Below are positions 18,272 through 28,073 of a stretch of DNA of 31,975 nucleotides, one piece after another (position 1 is the stretch's first letter; every line of letters starts with the position of its first letter). The notes below the pieces were generated by a model. It made no database searches and was not told the DNA's origin. It saw nothing but the letters and a program-made list of their open reading frames with translations. Both the position numbers and the translations under genes were made by a program. Origin of the DNA: Candidatus Firestoneibacteriota bacterium (lineage in GTDB: Bacteria; Oederibacteriota; D2-FULL-39-29; JBBTED01); contig JBBTED010000122.1 of NCBI GenBank assembly GCA_038042445.1, positions 1-31,975 on the forward strand. Direction: 5' to 3'.

Positions 18272-19966
18272 ATGAAAAAGAATACAAAAATTTTCAATAA
18301 ATTTCAAATATCTATTTTTTTAGTTTTTATTCCCATTATATGGATAGCAAGCAATATTATAGAATCAGCAGATAATTTTGCAGGATATATAAATAAAAAA
18401 GATGCAGACAAACCAACTTTAATAATGATAAAAAATTCGCAAAAAGATTTTGGTCCTTTTTTAGGTTATAACATGCAAATAATTACTATGAATTATGGTT
18501 ATGACAATTCAGAATTGCTTGAAGCTGTTAAAGAATTAAAACCAGCATATATTAGATTTCCAGGAGGAACTGCAGGTAATTTTTATCACTGGAAAACTGA
18601 TGGATTTAACGAAGATGAACTTCTTATCAAAGGACATGGTTTCGGAGGAAAACGCACAATTAAAGATAAAAATGGTCAAGAGAAAGTTGTGAATCTCATG
18701 TTTAGAACCTTTATAGCAAATAAAGATATACATCCAGACGGCAAATTAGGATTTGATAAATTTCTTAAATTTTGCAAAGAAGTAGGAACTGAACCAATAA
18801 TTCATTTCAATATATATACAGAAAATTCAAGTGAACCTGCAGAATTTGTAAAGTATATGAAGAAGTTGGATATAATATCTGTAAAATATGGAATGCTCGG
18901 TTGTGAAAATTATGCTCCTAATCAAAATATTGTTAGATTTTCCAATGGTGCTGAAGAATTTTTGTCCGCTGCAGAGAATGCATATCATAAAATTAAAGCT
19001 GTTGATCCTGATATAAAACTTGGAGTTAATTTGTCACCTTATGGTGTACAAGAAATTCAGGCCAGAAAAGTGGGCTGGCTAAAATTTCTGTTTGAAAAAG
19101 AAGAAAAAAAGGGAGATAAGAGTTGGAACAACCAACTTTATAGAAAAAAAGATGTATTCGATGCTTATGAACATCATTATTATACACATACAGGTTTAAG
19201 TTCCAATAAAGGAATAATTGAAGAATTACCAAAGGAAGAATTGGAAATGACATTTTATGACCAATGGAGATATGTATTATTTGCTCAGCATGAGAGTTTT
19301 GAAAAAGAATTAAACGATTGTCAGCAATTTTTCCCAAAACCATTCTGGCATGATGAAGGTGGTATAGGAATGATAAGAAAAGAAGATCGTGGTTCAACAA
19401 TGATGAGTGCGTTGCTTGAAGTGGAATATATTTTTCTAATGAGTGATATGTATCCTCAATATGAAAGGGTATGCAGACATAATCTTTCTGATGGTAGATC
19501 TTGGCAAATATTAGGTGTATATGACAAAAAGCAAAAAAAATTTAATCCACACCCACCCAGATATAATGTTTTCAAATTGTTTGGAAATATTAATGAATGT
19601 AAAAACCGTATAGGATGCAAAGTGGAAAATTCACCAGAAATACAAGGATTTATGTTCTATGAGAATAAGTCAATGCCATTAATAGATGCAAGAACATTTC
19701 AGAAGAATAATATATTATATATTTATGTAGTTAATAGAGGACCTTCTGAAGAAAAAATAAATATAAATTCTGAAAAGAAATTAATATTTCCCGGTAAAAT
19801 AGAATACATTGGAGGATACCTTGATGCATCTAATGGTATTGATGAATTTAATATGAGTCGTCCAAGAGAACACATTGCAGAAATACACACAGAAACACTT
19901 GATAGAGATAATTTTACTATTTTACCATTTTCATTGACGCTAATTAGTATTAAAACAAACAACTAA
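18272..19966 (+). CDS. Exported clan GH-A glycoside hydrolase (GH51/GH79-like)
   Basis: N-terminal signal/TM; IRFPGGTAGNFYHW, FDKFLKFC, LGCE (acid/base position), HYY, HDEGG, VVNR and LPFSLT beta-sandwich tail; SD AAGGA. Confidence 0.7.
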   Translation: MKKNTKIFNKFQISIFLVFIPIIWIASNIIESADNFAGYINKKDADKPTLIMIKNSQKDFGPFLGYNMQIITMNYGYDNSELLEAVKELKPAYIRFPGGTAGNFYHWKTDGFNEDELLIKGHGFGGKRTIKDKNGQEKVVNLMFRTFIANKDIHPDGKLGFDKFLKFCKEVGTEPIIHFNIYTENSSEPAEFVKYMKKLDIISVKYGMLGCENYAPNQNIVRFSNGAEEFLSAAENAYHKIKAVDPDIKLGVNLSPYGVQEIQARKVGWLKFLFEKEEKKGDKSWNNQLYRKKDVFDAYEHHYYTHTGLSSNKGIIEELPKEELEMTFYDQWRYVLFAQHESFEKELNDCQQFFPKPFWHDEGGIGMIRKEDRGSTMMSALLEVEYIFLMSDMYPQYERVCRHNLSDGRSWQILGVYDKKQKKFNPHPPRYNVFKLFGNINECKNRIGCKVENSPEIQGFMFYENKSMPLIDARTFQKNNILYIYVVNRGPSEEKININSEKKLIFPGKIEYIGGYLDASNGIDEFNMSRPREHIAEIHTETLDRDNFTILPFSLTLISIKTNN

Positions 19967-20003
19967 TCACTATATCTATTTTTTCCAAAGAGATGTATGA
20001 GTA

Positions 20004-20807
20004 TTAGATATGTATGTGTGCATCTAACCAATTGATTATATCTGTCATAACTATTGATTTTTCTGGTTCATTAAGAATTTCATGATAAAAACCTTCATAT
20101 AGTTTTAAAACTTTATCTTGCGAATTTGCACGGCTATAAATTTCTTTACTGCCTTTAACATTTGCTATTTTATCATCTGTGCCATGTAAAATAAGAAGTG
20201 GTAATGCAATAGTTTCCATCTGAGACTGTATGGATTTTATAGCACGAATAATTTCTACTCCTTCTCGTGCTTTCATAGAACCGTGATAAATCAAAGGATC
20301 TTTTTCATACTGTTTTACCACTTCTGGATCACGTGAAAGCAAATGGTTATTCAATCTTTTCTCAACTGGCAAAGATGGGAAAATAGTACTGATTATAAAT
20401 GCCAATCTTACTTTTAATAATGAAACATTCTCATCAAGCATTAAGTAGGCACCACTTAAAATCAATCCGTTTATAACAGGTTTTCTTGTGATAGTAAAAA
20501 GTGTAGAAATAGCACCACCCAAACTGTGTCCTAATAAAAATATAGGTAATCCTGGTTTAGATTTTTGAACATCTGAAAGAATATCTTCAACATCCATTAT
20601 ATATTCATCAAAAGATTTGATTAAGGTGCGAGGACCTTCAGAACGGCCATGTCCGCGTAAATCAAAAGTATAACAAGCATAATTATGCGTGTTAAAATAT
20701 TCAACGACAGAAGAATATCTGCCACTATGTTCACCATAACCATGAACTATAATAATAACTGCCTTAGGTTTGCCTTCAGGAAGCCACCATTGCCTAAAGA
20801 GATACAT
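20004..20807 (-). CDS. Alpha/beta hydrolase, lysophospholipase/monoacylglycerol lipase family
   Basis: HGYGEH, DLRGHGRS, GHSLG, HGTDD, HEILNE. Start is uncertain: TTG 20837 lies inside a repeat, so ATG 20807 is preferred. Confidence 0.88.
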   Translation of the reverse strand: MYLFRQWWLPEGKPKAVIIIVHGYGEHSGRYSSVVEYFNTHNYACYTFDLRGHGRSEGPRTLIKSFDEYIMDVEDILSDVQKSKPGLPIFLLGHSLGGAISTLFTITRKPVINGLILSGAYLMLDENVSLLKVRLAFIISTIFPSLPVEKRLNNHLLSRDPEVVKQYEKDPLIYHGSMKAREGVEIIRAIKSIQSQMETIALPLLILHGTDDKIANVKGSKEIYSRANSQDKVLKLYEGFYHEILNEPEKSIVMTDIINWLDAHIHI

Positions 20808-20818
20808 AATAGATTTGC

Positions 20819-20843
20819 GATTCTGAAACAAATTCAAAATGAC
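20819..20843 (-). repeat. GTCAT-type palindromic repeat
   Basis: Minus strand GTCATTTTGAATTTGTTTCAGAATC aligns without gaps to GTCATGCTGAATTCATTTCAGCATC at 27544. Confidence 0.65.
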
Positions 20844-20854
20844 AGATTAATGAT

Positions 20855-20874
20855 GCCGATAAATCGGCAACTAT
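20855..20874. repeat. GTAG-type REP, single arm
   Basis: GCCGATAAATCGGCAACTA is identical to the right arms of the copies at 25991 and 28445; terminal base is changed. Confidence 0.8.
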
Positions 20875-20877
20875 AGA

Positions 20878-22566
20878 TTAAAATTTGTACTTCTGGTCAA
20901 CTATTGCATCGGAAATTAATACTTTTCGTTTATCATCATTAATATCAAGATTTTTCAAATTATCGGAAATAATGTTAAAAGCATCATTGCAGAATACTTT
21001 GCAGATATTAATTTCTACTTGTGATTCTGCTACAGTTTTTTTCAAAATAATGTGCTGTGTTCGTGCAATAGTGCAATAAGCAGCATAGAGATTAATGATT
21101 ATATCCGCTATTTTTTGCTGTACAAACTCCTTATGGATAAGCTCTTTTTTATATTTCATTACAATTCCTTCAAATTTATTCTGAAACAGTTTTGTAAATT
21201 TTGCTATATTTAGAGTTTCCTTTTTTAAAATAAAATCCACACCATCTAATTCTTCAGTAACAAAAATATTACGTATTTTTTTAAGTATATATTTTAAAAT
21301 ACCACCATGTTTTAATTCCTTGCCTATTTCTCTTGCACCTTCCAAAGCAATAAATAATCTCAATATTTCACTGGTCCCTTCAAAAATAATGTTAATACGA
21401 GCATCTCTTAAGAATCTTTCATAAGGATATTCTTTTATATAACCATAACCACCAGCAATTTGCATAGAATGATTTACAATACTCCATAATGCTTCTGCGC
21501 TGAATACTTTGCATGTAGCAGATTCAAGAGAAAAATCCATAGCGGGATATTTATCTGCAGTTTTAGCAGTTACATCAAGAAGTGATTCCATTGCATACGT
21601 TTTAACAGACATCTGAGAAATTTTATCTTTTATCATTTCAAAATTTTTGATAGGTTGACCAAACTGCTCTCTTTCCGTAGCATATTTTGAACTCAACTTA
21701 ATTAATTTTTTTGCAACTCCAAGACACCCAGCACCTAATCCTAATCTACCATAATTTAAAATCATCATTGCTATGTGAAATCCTTCTCCGGGCTCACCTA
21801 AAACATTTTCTTTGGGAATTTTAACATTATCCAGATTAAATGCTGTGGTAACTGACCCCTTAATTCCCATTTTATCTTCGTCTTTACCGATAGTTATTCC
21901 CGGCATATCTTTTGTAACAATAAATGCTGTTATTTTATTTTTTTTCTCACCTTTATCTATAACTTCTGTTTTTGCGAAAATAGTAAATACATCAGCTATA
22001 CTACCATTTGTTATAAAATGTTTTGAGCCATTTAAAATGTAATAATTACCGTCTTCAGTCAACACTGCTTTAGTCTGTATGTTGTGAACATCACAGCCTG
22101 CACTGGGTTCTGTCAGGGCAAAACATGCTATTTTTTCACCAGTAGCTAATTGAGGTAAAAATTTGTTTTTTTGCTCTTCAGTGCCAAAAAGAAGTATTGC
22201 TTTCATACCAATACTCTGATGTGCTCCGATAAAAGTTGCAGTTGAAGCACAATAGCTCGCAATAATTTCCATAGCATGATTATATGCGGTTTGAGAAAGC
22301 CCTGACCCACCATATTGCTCAGGTATAGTCATACCAAAAACACCCAGATTTTTTAATCCATCAATAACATCTTGTGGTATTTTGGCATCATGGTCAATTT
22401 TTTCACCATCAATTTTTCCAGAGGCGAATTTTTTCAAGGAATCCAGAAAAACATTCATTATTTCCTTTTCCTGTTCATTATCTTCCGGATATGGAATAAG
22501 TAGTTCTTTTTTTAGTCTACCAGTAACTAATGATTTCAAAAACCCGTATTTTTCAAATACTTTCAT
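20878..22566 (-). CDS. Acyl-CoA dehydrogenase (ACAD9/VLCAD-like long form)
   Basis: GAHQSIG, FALTEPSAG, GSKHFITNG, KMGIKGS, R.QFG, RDARINIIFEGTSEILR, C-terminal helical extension. Confidence 0.93.
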   Translation of the reverse strand: MKVFEKYGFLKSLVTGRLKKELLIPYPEDNEQEKEIMNVFLDSLKKFASGKIDGEKIDHDAKIPQDVIDGLKNLGVFGMTIPEQYGGSGLSQTAYNHAMEIIASYCASTATFIGAHQSIGMKAILLFGTEEQKNKFLPQLATGEKIACFALTEPSAGCDVHNIQTKAVLTEDGNYYILNGSKHFITNGSIADVFTIFAKTEVIDKGEKKNKITAFIVTKDMPGITIGKDEDKMGIKGSVTTAFNLDNVKIPKENVLGEPGEGFHIAMMILNYGRLGLGAGCLGVAKKLIKLSSKYATEREQFGQPIKNFEMIKDKISQMSVKTYAMESLLDVTAKTADKYPAMDFSLESATCKVFSAEALWSIVNHSMQIAGGYGYIKEYPYERFLRDARINIIFEGTSEILRLFIALEGAREIGKELKHGGILKYILKKIRNIFVTEELDGVDFILKKETLNIAKFTKLFQNKFEGIVMKYKKELIHKEFVQQKIADIIINLYAAYCTIARTQHIILKKTVAESQVEINICKVFCNDAFNIISDNLKNLDINDDKRKVLISDAIVDQKYKF

Positions 22567-22574
22567 TGTTAAAA

Positions 22575-22605
22575 TCCCCCTCTTTCCCCCTTTTTAAAAG
22601 GGGGA
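22575..22605. repeat. CCCCCTCT-N-CCCCCTT...AAGGGGG palindromic repeat
   Basis: TCCCCCTCTT followed by perfect hairpin TCCCCCTTTT-T-AAAAGGGGGA; on the minus strand GAGGGGG sits in the SD position of the dehydrogenase. Confidence 0.6.
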
Positions 22606-22610
22606 TAAAC

Positions 22611-24728
22611 TCAGTAAAACTTCTTATTTTGCTTTGCCATATTGATTAGCAAATTTGAAACTTTAAATCTTTCACCATAGCTTGTGTAAAAGATTTCCAG
22701 TTTATTTACTATATTATTAATACCTGTCTCATCAGCATACCGTAACAAACCTCCTAAAAATGGTGGAAAACCTGTTCCCATAATCATACCTATATCAATA
22801 TCTGATGGTTCATTTGTTACACCTTCTTCAAGAGCTTTTGCAGCTTCATTTATCATTGTGTATATCATACGGTTTAATATTTCCTCTTTGGATAACTGTT
22901 TAAACTTTTCCCTGTCAAGCATATTATAAATTTTCAGATTTGGAATTTTTCTTTTTCCGGAATGAATATAAAATCCTTTTTTTGTTTTTTTACCGTATAG
23001 TTTTAGTTCATAAACTTTCTCCAATATAGATGCAACTTTCATTCGGTCCCCAAAAGCATTTTCAAGAATTTTAAAAACTTTATATCCCACATCTATACCC
23101 ACTTCATCTGCAACTGCCAAAGGTCCCATTGGCATACCGAAATCTATCATTATTTTATCAATCACATCAATTTTTATACCTTCTTCCAAAAAATACGCGG
23201 CTTCATTCATATAAGGAAGCAGTATTCTGTTAACCAAAAATCCACAAGAGTCATTTACCACTATTGGCATTTTACCTAACTGCCGAGTAAAATTAACTGT
23301 TGTAATTATTGTCTCATCACTAGTCTTTTTGCCTTTGATAATTTCAACCAATGGCATTTTATGAACAGGATTAAAAAAGTGCATACCAATAAAATTAGCA
23401 GGATTTTTCAAGCCCTCGCCCATTTCTGTTATGGAAAGAGAAGAAGTATTAGAAGCAATAATGGTCTTATCCGAAAGATGATTTTGCAATTCATTAAAAA
23501 GCTTCTTTTTAAAATTTATATCTTCTATAATTGCCTCAATAACAAAATCTGTATTTTTAAAACCTGTATATTCTATTGCCCCTGATATAAGACTCATTTT
23601 AAAGTTGGCATCATTTGGTTTTAATTTTTTATGTTTGACTGCATTTTTAAAAACTTTATATGCCTGTTGCAAACCTTTAAGTATAGACTCGTGATTTATA
23701 TCTTTCATTCTCACAGTGATATTATGATATGCAATAAGCTGACTAATACCGCCTCCCATAGCACCAGCACCAATTACTCCACAACTGTTAATTTTTAACG
23801 GCCGGACATCTTTGTTTGAAACACCAGTTATCTTCCTATACTTTTCTGTAAGATAGAAAACATTTATTAAATTTTTGCAGACATTTGTTATTACAAGTTT
23901 ACCTAATCCCTTTGATTCAAATTGTAATGCGATTTCCTTTTTGCATTTATACCCTTTTTTGATAACTTCTAAAGCAACAAGAGGAGCAGGATAATGATTC
24001 TTTGTCTGCTTTAGAATAACTTTTTTTACCTGATTGAAAAGAATATACCTGCCAATAAAAGTGTTTTCCAAAAATTTTTCAATGATGGATAATTTCCTTT
24101 TCTTACGGATACAATTTTTTAGCAGAATTCCATTTAAAAATTTAATTGTTTCAGAAATAAGAATTTTTTGCGGGTACAATTTATCAACTAATCCTATTTT
24201 TAAAGCATTCTGCGATGATATGGTTTTACCTGTTAGTATTAAATCCAGTGCAGTTTTTAACCCTACAAGTTTTGGCAGGCGATAAGTTCCGCCAAATCCC
24301 GGAAGTATACCAAGTTGCACTTCAGGAAGACCTAATCTTATTTTTTCATTAAAACTTGCAGTTCTATACTTGCATGCTAAAACAAGTTCCAAGCCCCCGC
24401 CCAAAACAGTGCCATCAATTGCAGCAATTGTTGGAACAGCAAATGACTCAAGTTTGTCAAATATTTTTTGCCCTAAAATGGATTTATTTTCACCATCTGA
24501 AATAGCTGTTATATTTTCAATTTCTTTTATATCAGCACCTGCAATAAAAATATTTTCTTTTTTGCTTGCAATTATTATTCCTTTTACATTTTTTCCTGAT
24601 AACTCATCAAGTATATGTTCAAATTCAGTAATTGTTTGTGCATTTAGAATATTTACCTTTGAATCCGGAGTATCAAATTCAATAAATGCAATTTCCTGTT
24701 CAATTCTTAATTTAACTGAGTTATCCAT
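22611..24728 (-). CDS. fadJ: Fatty-acid oxidation complex alpha subunit (enoyl-CoA hydratase / 3-hydroxyacyl-CoA dehydrogenase)
   Basis: FIAGADI, GGGLE, LPEVQLG, GAGAMG, ASNTSS, GMHFFNPV.KMPLVE, GFLVNR, GTGFPPFLGG. Confidence 0.9.
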   Translation of the reverse strand: MDNSVKLRIEQEIAFIEFDTPDSKVNILNAQTITEFEHILDELSGKNVKGIIIASKKENIFIAGADIKEIENITAISDGENKSILGQKIFDKLESFAVPTIAAIDGTVLGGGLELVLACKYRTASFNEKIRLGLPEVQLGILPGFGGTYRLPKLVGLKTALDLILTGKTISSQNALKIGLVDKLYPQKILISETIKFLNGILLKNCIRKKRKLSIIEKFLENTFIGRYILFNQVKKVILKQTKNHYPAPLVALEVIKKGYKCKKEIALQFESKGLGKLVITNVCKNLINVFYLTEKYRKITGVSNKDVRPLKINSCGVIGAGAMGGGISQLIAYHNITVRMKDINHESILKGLQQAYKVFKNAVKHKKLKPNDANFKMSLISGAIEYTGFKNTDFVIEAIIEDINFKKKLFNELQNHLSDKTIIASNTSSLSITEMGEGLKNPANFIGMHFFNPVHKMPLVEIIKGKKTSDETIITTVNFTRQLGKMPIVVNDSCGFLVNRILLPYMNEAAYFLEEGIKIDVIDKIMIDFGMPMGPLAVADEVGIDVGYKVFKILENAFGDRMKVASILEKVYELKLYGKKTKKGFYIHSGKRKIPNLKIYNMLDREKFKQLSKEEILNRMIYTMINEAAKALEEGVTNEPSDIDIGMIMGTGFPPFLGGLLRYADETGINNIVNKLEIFYTSYGERFKVSNLLINMAKQNKKFY

Positions 24729-24732
24729 TTTT

Positions 24733-25977
24733 TTATCTCTCTAAAATTAATGCAGTGCCTTGACCACCGCCAATACATAATGATACTAAACCAGTTTTTA
24801 AATCCCTTCTTTTCATTTCTTTAAGTATAGTTAAAATCAATCTTGCACCTGTAGCACCTACAGGATGGCCTAATGCTATTGCACCGCCATTGACATTTAG
24901 CAATTCAGGATTTATCTGACCAACACCATTTGAAATTAGCAATCTTTCACAGGCAATAACTTGTGATGCAAATGCTTCATTTATTTCTATCAATTGTATA
25001 TCTTTTAAATTCAAACCGGATTTTTTTAATACATCTTGTATTGCATAAGCAGGACCTAATCCCATCCTCATAGGATCCAAACCAATATAACTGTAATATT
25101 TTAAATAACCTAATGGAGTAAACCCTAATTCTTTTGCTTTTGATTCCTTCATCACAAGTAATGCAACAGCCCCATCTGTAACCTGACAGGAATTGCCAAC
25201 TGTAACTGTCCCAGTACGATAATCAAAATATGGACGTAATTTTCCCAATCCTTCTAAAGTCTGATTTTCCCTTGGTCCATTATCACAGTCAATGTATGTT
25301 TTATATTCAGGAGATAGATACACTGACACAATCTCTTCTTTCAATTTTGTACGTCCCTGAACTGCTTTCTGGTAACTGCTCAATGAAAATTCATCCTGCT
25401 CTTGTCTTGTTATACCAAATTCTTTTGCCAGAATTTCTGCGGTTTGCCCCATATTAAGTCCGCAGACAATATCAGTTAGACCCAGAACCAGACTCAATTT
25501 TGGTTTAAAGTGTTTGGGACGAAATTTTAATAAAGTTTGGACTTTAGCAACTATGCTTTTACTTTTCTTAAATTCTAAAAGCAACTCAGCAAATTTCTTG
25601 TCGAACAAAAGCGGTGTATTACTCATTGATTCAGTTCCACCTGCAATTACAATTTCACATCTGCCGGATAAAATTTTTTCATAAGCAGTAGTTACAGCTT
25701 CCATTCCTGAGGCACAATTTCTGTGAACAGTAGAAGCAATTTTATCCTGAGGAATACCACTAAATAATGAAATTACTCTGCTGATATTAACAGCTTCAAC
25801 TGGCTGTATCACATTACCAAAGATAACTTCATCAACTTGTGCTGGAGCAAACTCCGTTTTTGCCAATAATTCCTGAACAACTATTTTGCCTAATTCGTAA
25901 GCAGGAATATCTTTTAAAATAGTTCCTGCTTTTACAAAAGGCGTCCTAACTCCATCAACAATAGCTAATCTTTCCAT
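24733..25977 (-). CDS. fadI: 3-ketoacyl-CoA thiolase (FadI/FadA type)
   Basis: RTPF, NCASG, GGTESMS, NEAFA, GAIALGHPVGATG, CIGGGQG; adjacent to fadJ. Confidence 0.85.
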   Translation of the reverse strand: MERLAIVDGVRTPFVKAGTILKDIPAYELGKIVVQELLAKTEFAPAQVDEVIFGNVIQPVEAVNISRVISLFSGIPQDKIASTVHRNCASGMEAVTTAYEKILSGRCEIVIAGGTESMSNTPLLFDKKFAELLLEFKKSKSIVAKVQTLLKFRPKHFKPKLSLVLGLTDIVCGLNMGQTAEILAKEFGITRQEQDEFSLSSYQKAVQGRTKLKEEIVSVYLSPEYKTYIDCDNGPRENQTLEGLGKLRPYFDYRTGTVTVGNSCQVTDGAVALLVMKESKAKELGFTPLGYLKYYSYIGLDPMRMGLGPAYAIQDVLKKSGLNLKDIQLIEINEAFASQVIACERLLISNGVGQINPELLNVNGGAIALGHPVGATGARLILTILKEMKRRDLKTGLVSLCIGGGQGTALILER

Positions 25978-25990
25978 ATTTTTTTAATTT

Positions 25991-26039
25991 GTAGTTGCTG
26001 ATTTATCAACTATTTTTTTGCCGATAAATCGGCAACTAC
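25991..26039. repeat. GTAG-type REP doublet
   Basis: GTAG TT GCTGATTTATCAAC ... GCCGATAAATCGGC AA CTAC. Confidence 0.85.
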
Positions 26040-26044
26040 ATTTT

Positions 26045-27526
26045 TTATTTTGCCTGTCTTTTATCAATTATTCGTTTTTCTTTGAGAGCAGTATCTAATT
26101 CCAATTTTTCTATCATCTGCTCTAAACTTATAATAACAACATCATTTAATGATACTTCTGTTTCAGTCAAAATTTTATCACTTATCTCTTTTTTAAATTT
26201 TTCCGTATTGGTGTCTGGCTTAATACTACAGCATAAAATAAGTTCATCAACATCAAACTGGTCATTGTCTTTTTTCCGTATCTCTAATTGCCATTCTGTT
26301 ATTTCAATTGCTGCAGCCAGAACTTCTGAAAGATTGTTTAAATCAACAACTGTGCCTTTAATTTTTGATAAATCCAGATTTTTTATCTCTGATACACGTC
26401 CTATTCTTGAAGAAATACGCGGAACAGTTCTACCGCAATACTTACAAGGTTCATAAGAAATTCCTCCTTCAATTAAATCACCTGTGCGATATCTAAAAAC
26501 ACAGGAGCCACGTGCATCTATGCTTGTATAAACAAGTTCACCTGATTCGTTTTCTTTTTTCACTTCACCAGTTTTTGGGTTTATAATTTCAAATATTTCT
26601 TTGTCTGGTGATGTATGATAACCACTAAATGTTTCTAAATCTGTAGGACATTCAGCCCATGCACATCTTGCTTCTGTAAAACCATAAGTACCAAATATTT
26701 TTACTTCCTTGGCACCTGCTTGTTCCAAAAGATCAGCAAGCTTTGTCTTAAAACCCTGTGGCACATAAGATGCTCCCAAAACTATTCTTTTAATAAAATC
26801 TAACTTATAATTATCGCATACTGCTTTTCTAATTAAATGATACACATATCCGGGAACGCCTATTACAAGTTCAGGTTTGAGTTTCATCATTAACCGAATA
26901 TTACCTTCAGTTCCCATTACTTTTCCGCCACCAGTGCTTAAAACCAGAATATTATAACTTAATCCTCCAAAAACTGTTTGCCAGAAAGCCAAATGTGGTG
27001 CATAAGGAAATAAATTTATACCTTTTGTTCTTTTTTTAAGATCAAATACTTCTATTAATCTATGTCCTGAAATGTATAAATTGTTTATATCATACATAGT
27101 GTATAAGAAAGATGTTGGTATAGCTGACCTACCTGTAGTTGAAGTAACAAATATAGGATTATATTCCAATTCCAATGACTCAACAATTTTTGCATTATTT
27201 AATATTTTTTTAACACCTAAACTTACCAATTTTGTTAACGGCCAATATTTTTTTATAAGATTTTCATCAGGATGAAGCAAAAACTTTAAAGTTTTTGCAG
27301 GATCTGCATCAGTAGGTAGTAAATCTAATTTACTTGTAAACGGAATATTATGCAAATCACTAACAGTTTTGATTTTTTTTGGGTCAATTTTATTTTTATC
27401 AAAAAGTTCGTGATAATAAGGACTAAAAGGATAAAGCTGATTTTGCAAGAAATCTTGCAATTTTTTTTCTTGCAAGCATTTTAATTTCCTCCAAGGGGTA
27501 CGATCTAATTTATTCCATCCTTTCAT
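26045..27526 (-). CDS. PaaK-like (phenylacetate-CoA ligase family) adenylate-forming enzyme
   Basis: SPYY, L.NIPFTSK.DL, STTGRSA.P (variant P-loop), YGFTE, GELVYT, RYRTGD; SD GAGGAG. Confidence 0.8.
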   Translation of the reverse strand: MKGWNKLDRTPWRKLKCLQEKKLQDFLQNQLYPFSPYYHELFDKNKIDPKKIKTVSDLHNIPFTSKLDLLPTDADPAKTLKFLLHPDENLIKKYWPLTKLVSLGVKKILNNAKIVESLELEYNPIFVTSTTGRSAIPTSFLYTMYDINNLYISGHRLIEVFDLKKRTKGINLFPYAPHLAFWQTVFGGLSYNILVLSTGGGKVMGTEGNIRLMMKLKPELVIGVPGYVYHLIRKAVCDNYKLDFIKRIVLGASYVPQGFKTKLADLLEQAGAKEVKIFGTYGFTEARCAWAECPTDLETFSGYHTSPDKEIFEIINPKTGEVKKENESGELVYTSIDARGSCVFRYRTGDLIEGGISYEPCKYCGRTVPRISSRIGRVSEIKNLDLSKIKGTVVDLNNLSEVLAAAIEITEWQLEIRKKDNDQFDVDELILCCSIKPDTNTEKFKKEISDKILTETEVSLNDVVIISLEQMIEKLELDTALKEKRIIDKRQAK

Positions 27527-27543
27527 AATATTCTCCTCAAATT

Positions 27544-27569
27544 GTCATGCTGAATTCATTTCAGCATCT
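27544..27569 (+). repeat. GTCAT-type palindromic repeat
   Basis: GTC ATGCTGAA ttcat TTCAGCAT CT; contains the TGA stop (27556-27558) of the thioesterase. Confidence 0.65.
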
Positions 27570-28035
27570 TTTCCTTAAAATATTTCACCCGTACTTCTCT
27601 TCTTTTTATTGCATTTGCACTTTTTGTTTTTTCCTCTTTTGTACGCAAAATTAATCGTGGCACTTCAATAGGTCTGCCATTATCATCCAATGCAACCATA
27701 GTAAGATATCCTGAACCTACAAATAATTTTTCCCCGGTTTTTAATCTTTCTGTTTCCACTTTAACTTCAACTTCCATCGAGCTTTTACCAACATAACACA
27801 AATTAGCAAATAAAGTTAAAATATCACCTACATGAACATGATTTTTAAAAGTAATATGGTCCATTGAAGCTACAACAACATTTTTTTGTGAATGACGGGT
27901 AGCAGCAACAAATGCTGCTTCGTCTATTAATTTAAGAATTGTTCCACCATGGACATAACCATAATGATTGGCATATAAAGGCATCATCACTTCAGCCAAC
28001 ACAGTAGCAGATTTAGAAACTGTTTTACCTTGCAT
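27556..28035 (-). CDS. Acyl-CoA thioesterase (hotdog fold, YciA-like)
   Basis: ANHYGYVHGG.ILKLIDE, VVASMD, VGKSSMEV, MVALD..GRP. ATG 28035 preferred over GTG 28068. Confidence 0.9.
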   Translation of the reverse strand: MQGKTVSKSATVLAEVMMPLYANHYGYVHGGTILKLIDEAAFVAATRHSQKNVVVASMDHITFKNHVHVGDILTLFANLCYVGKSSMEVEVKVETERLKTGEKLFVGSGYLTMVALDDNGRPIEVPRLILRTKEEKTKSANAIKRREVRVKYFKEKMLK

Positions 28036-28073
28036 AATCAGATAAGTTATACAGCAAAACTTTTCCACCTATT

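Noticed and set aside
20004..28073. fad cluster as an island integrated at ssrA
   Set aside because: No integrase and no duplicated ssrA 3' end was found downstream in the window.
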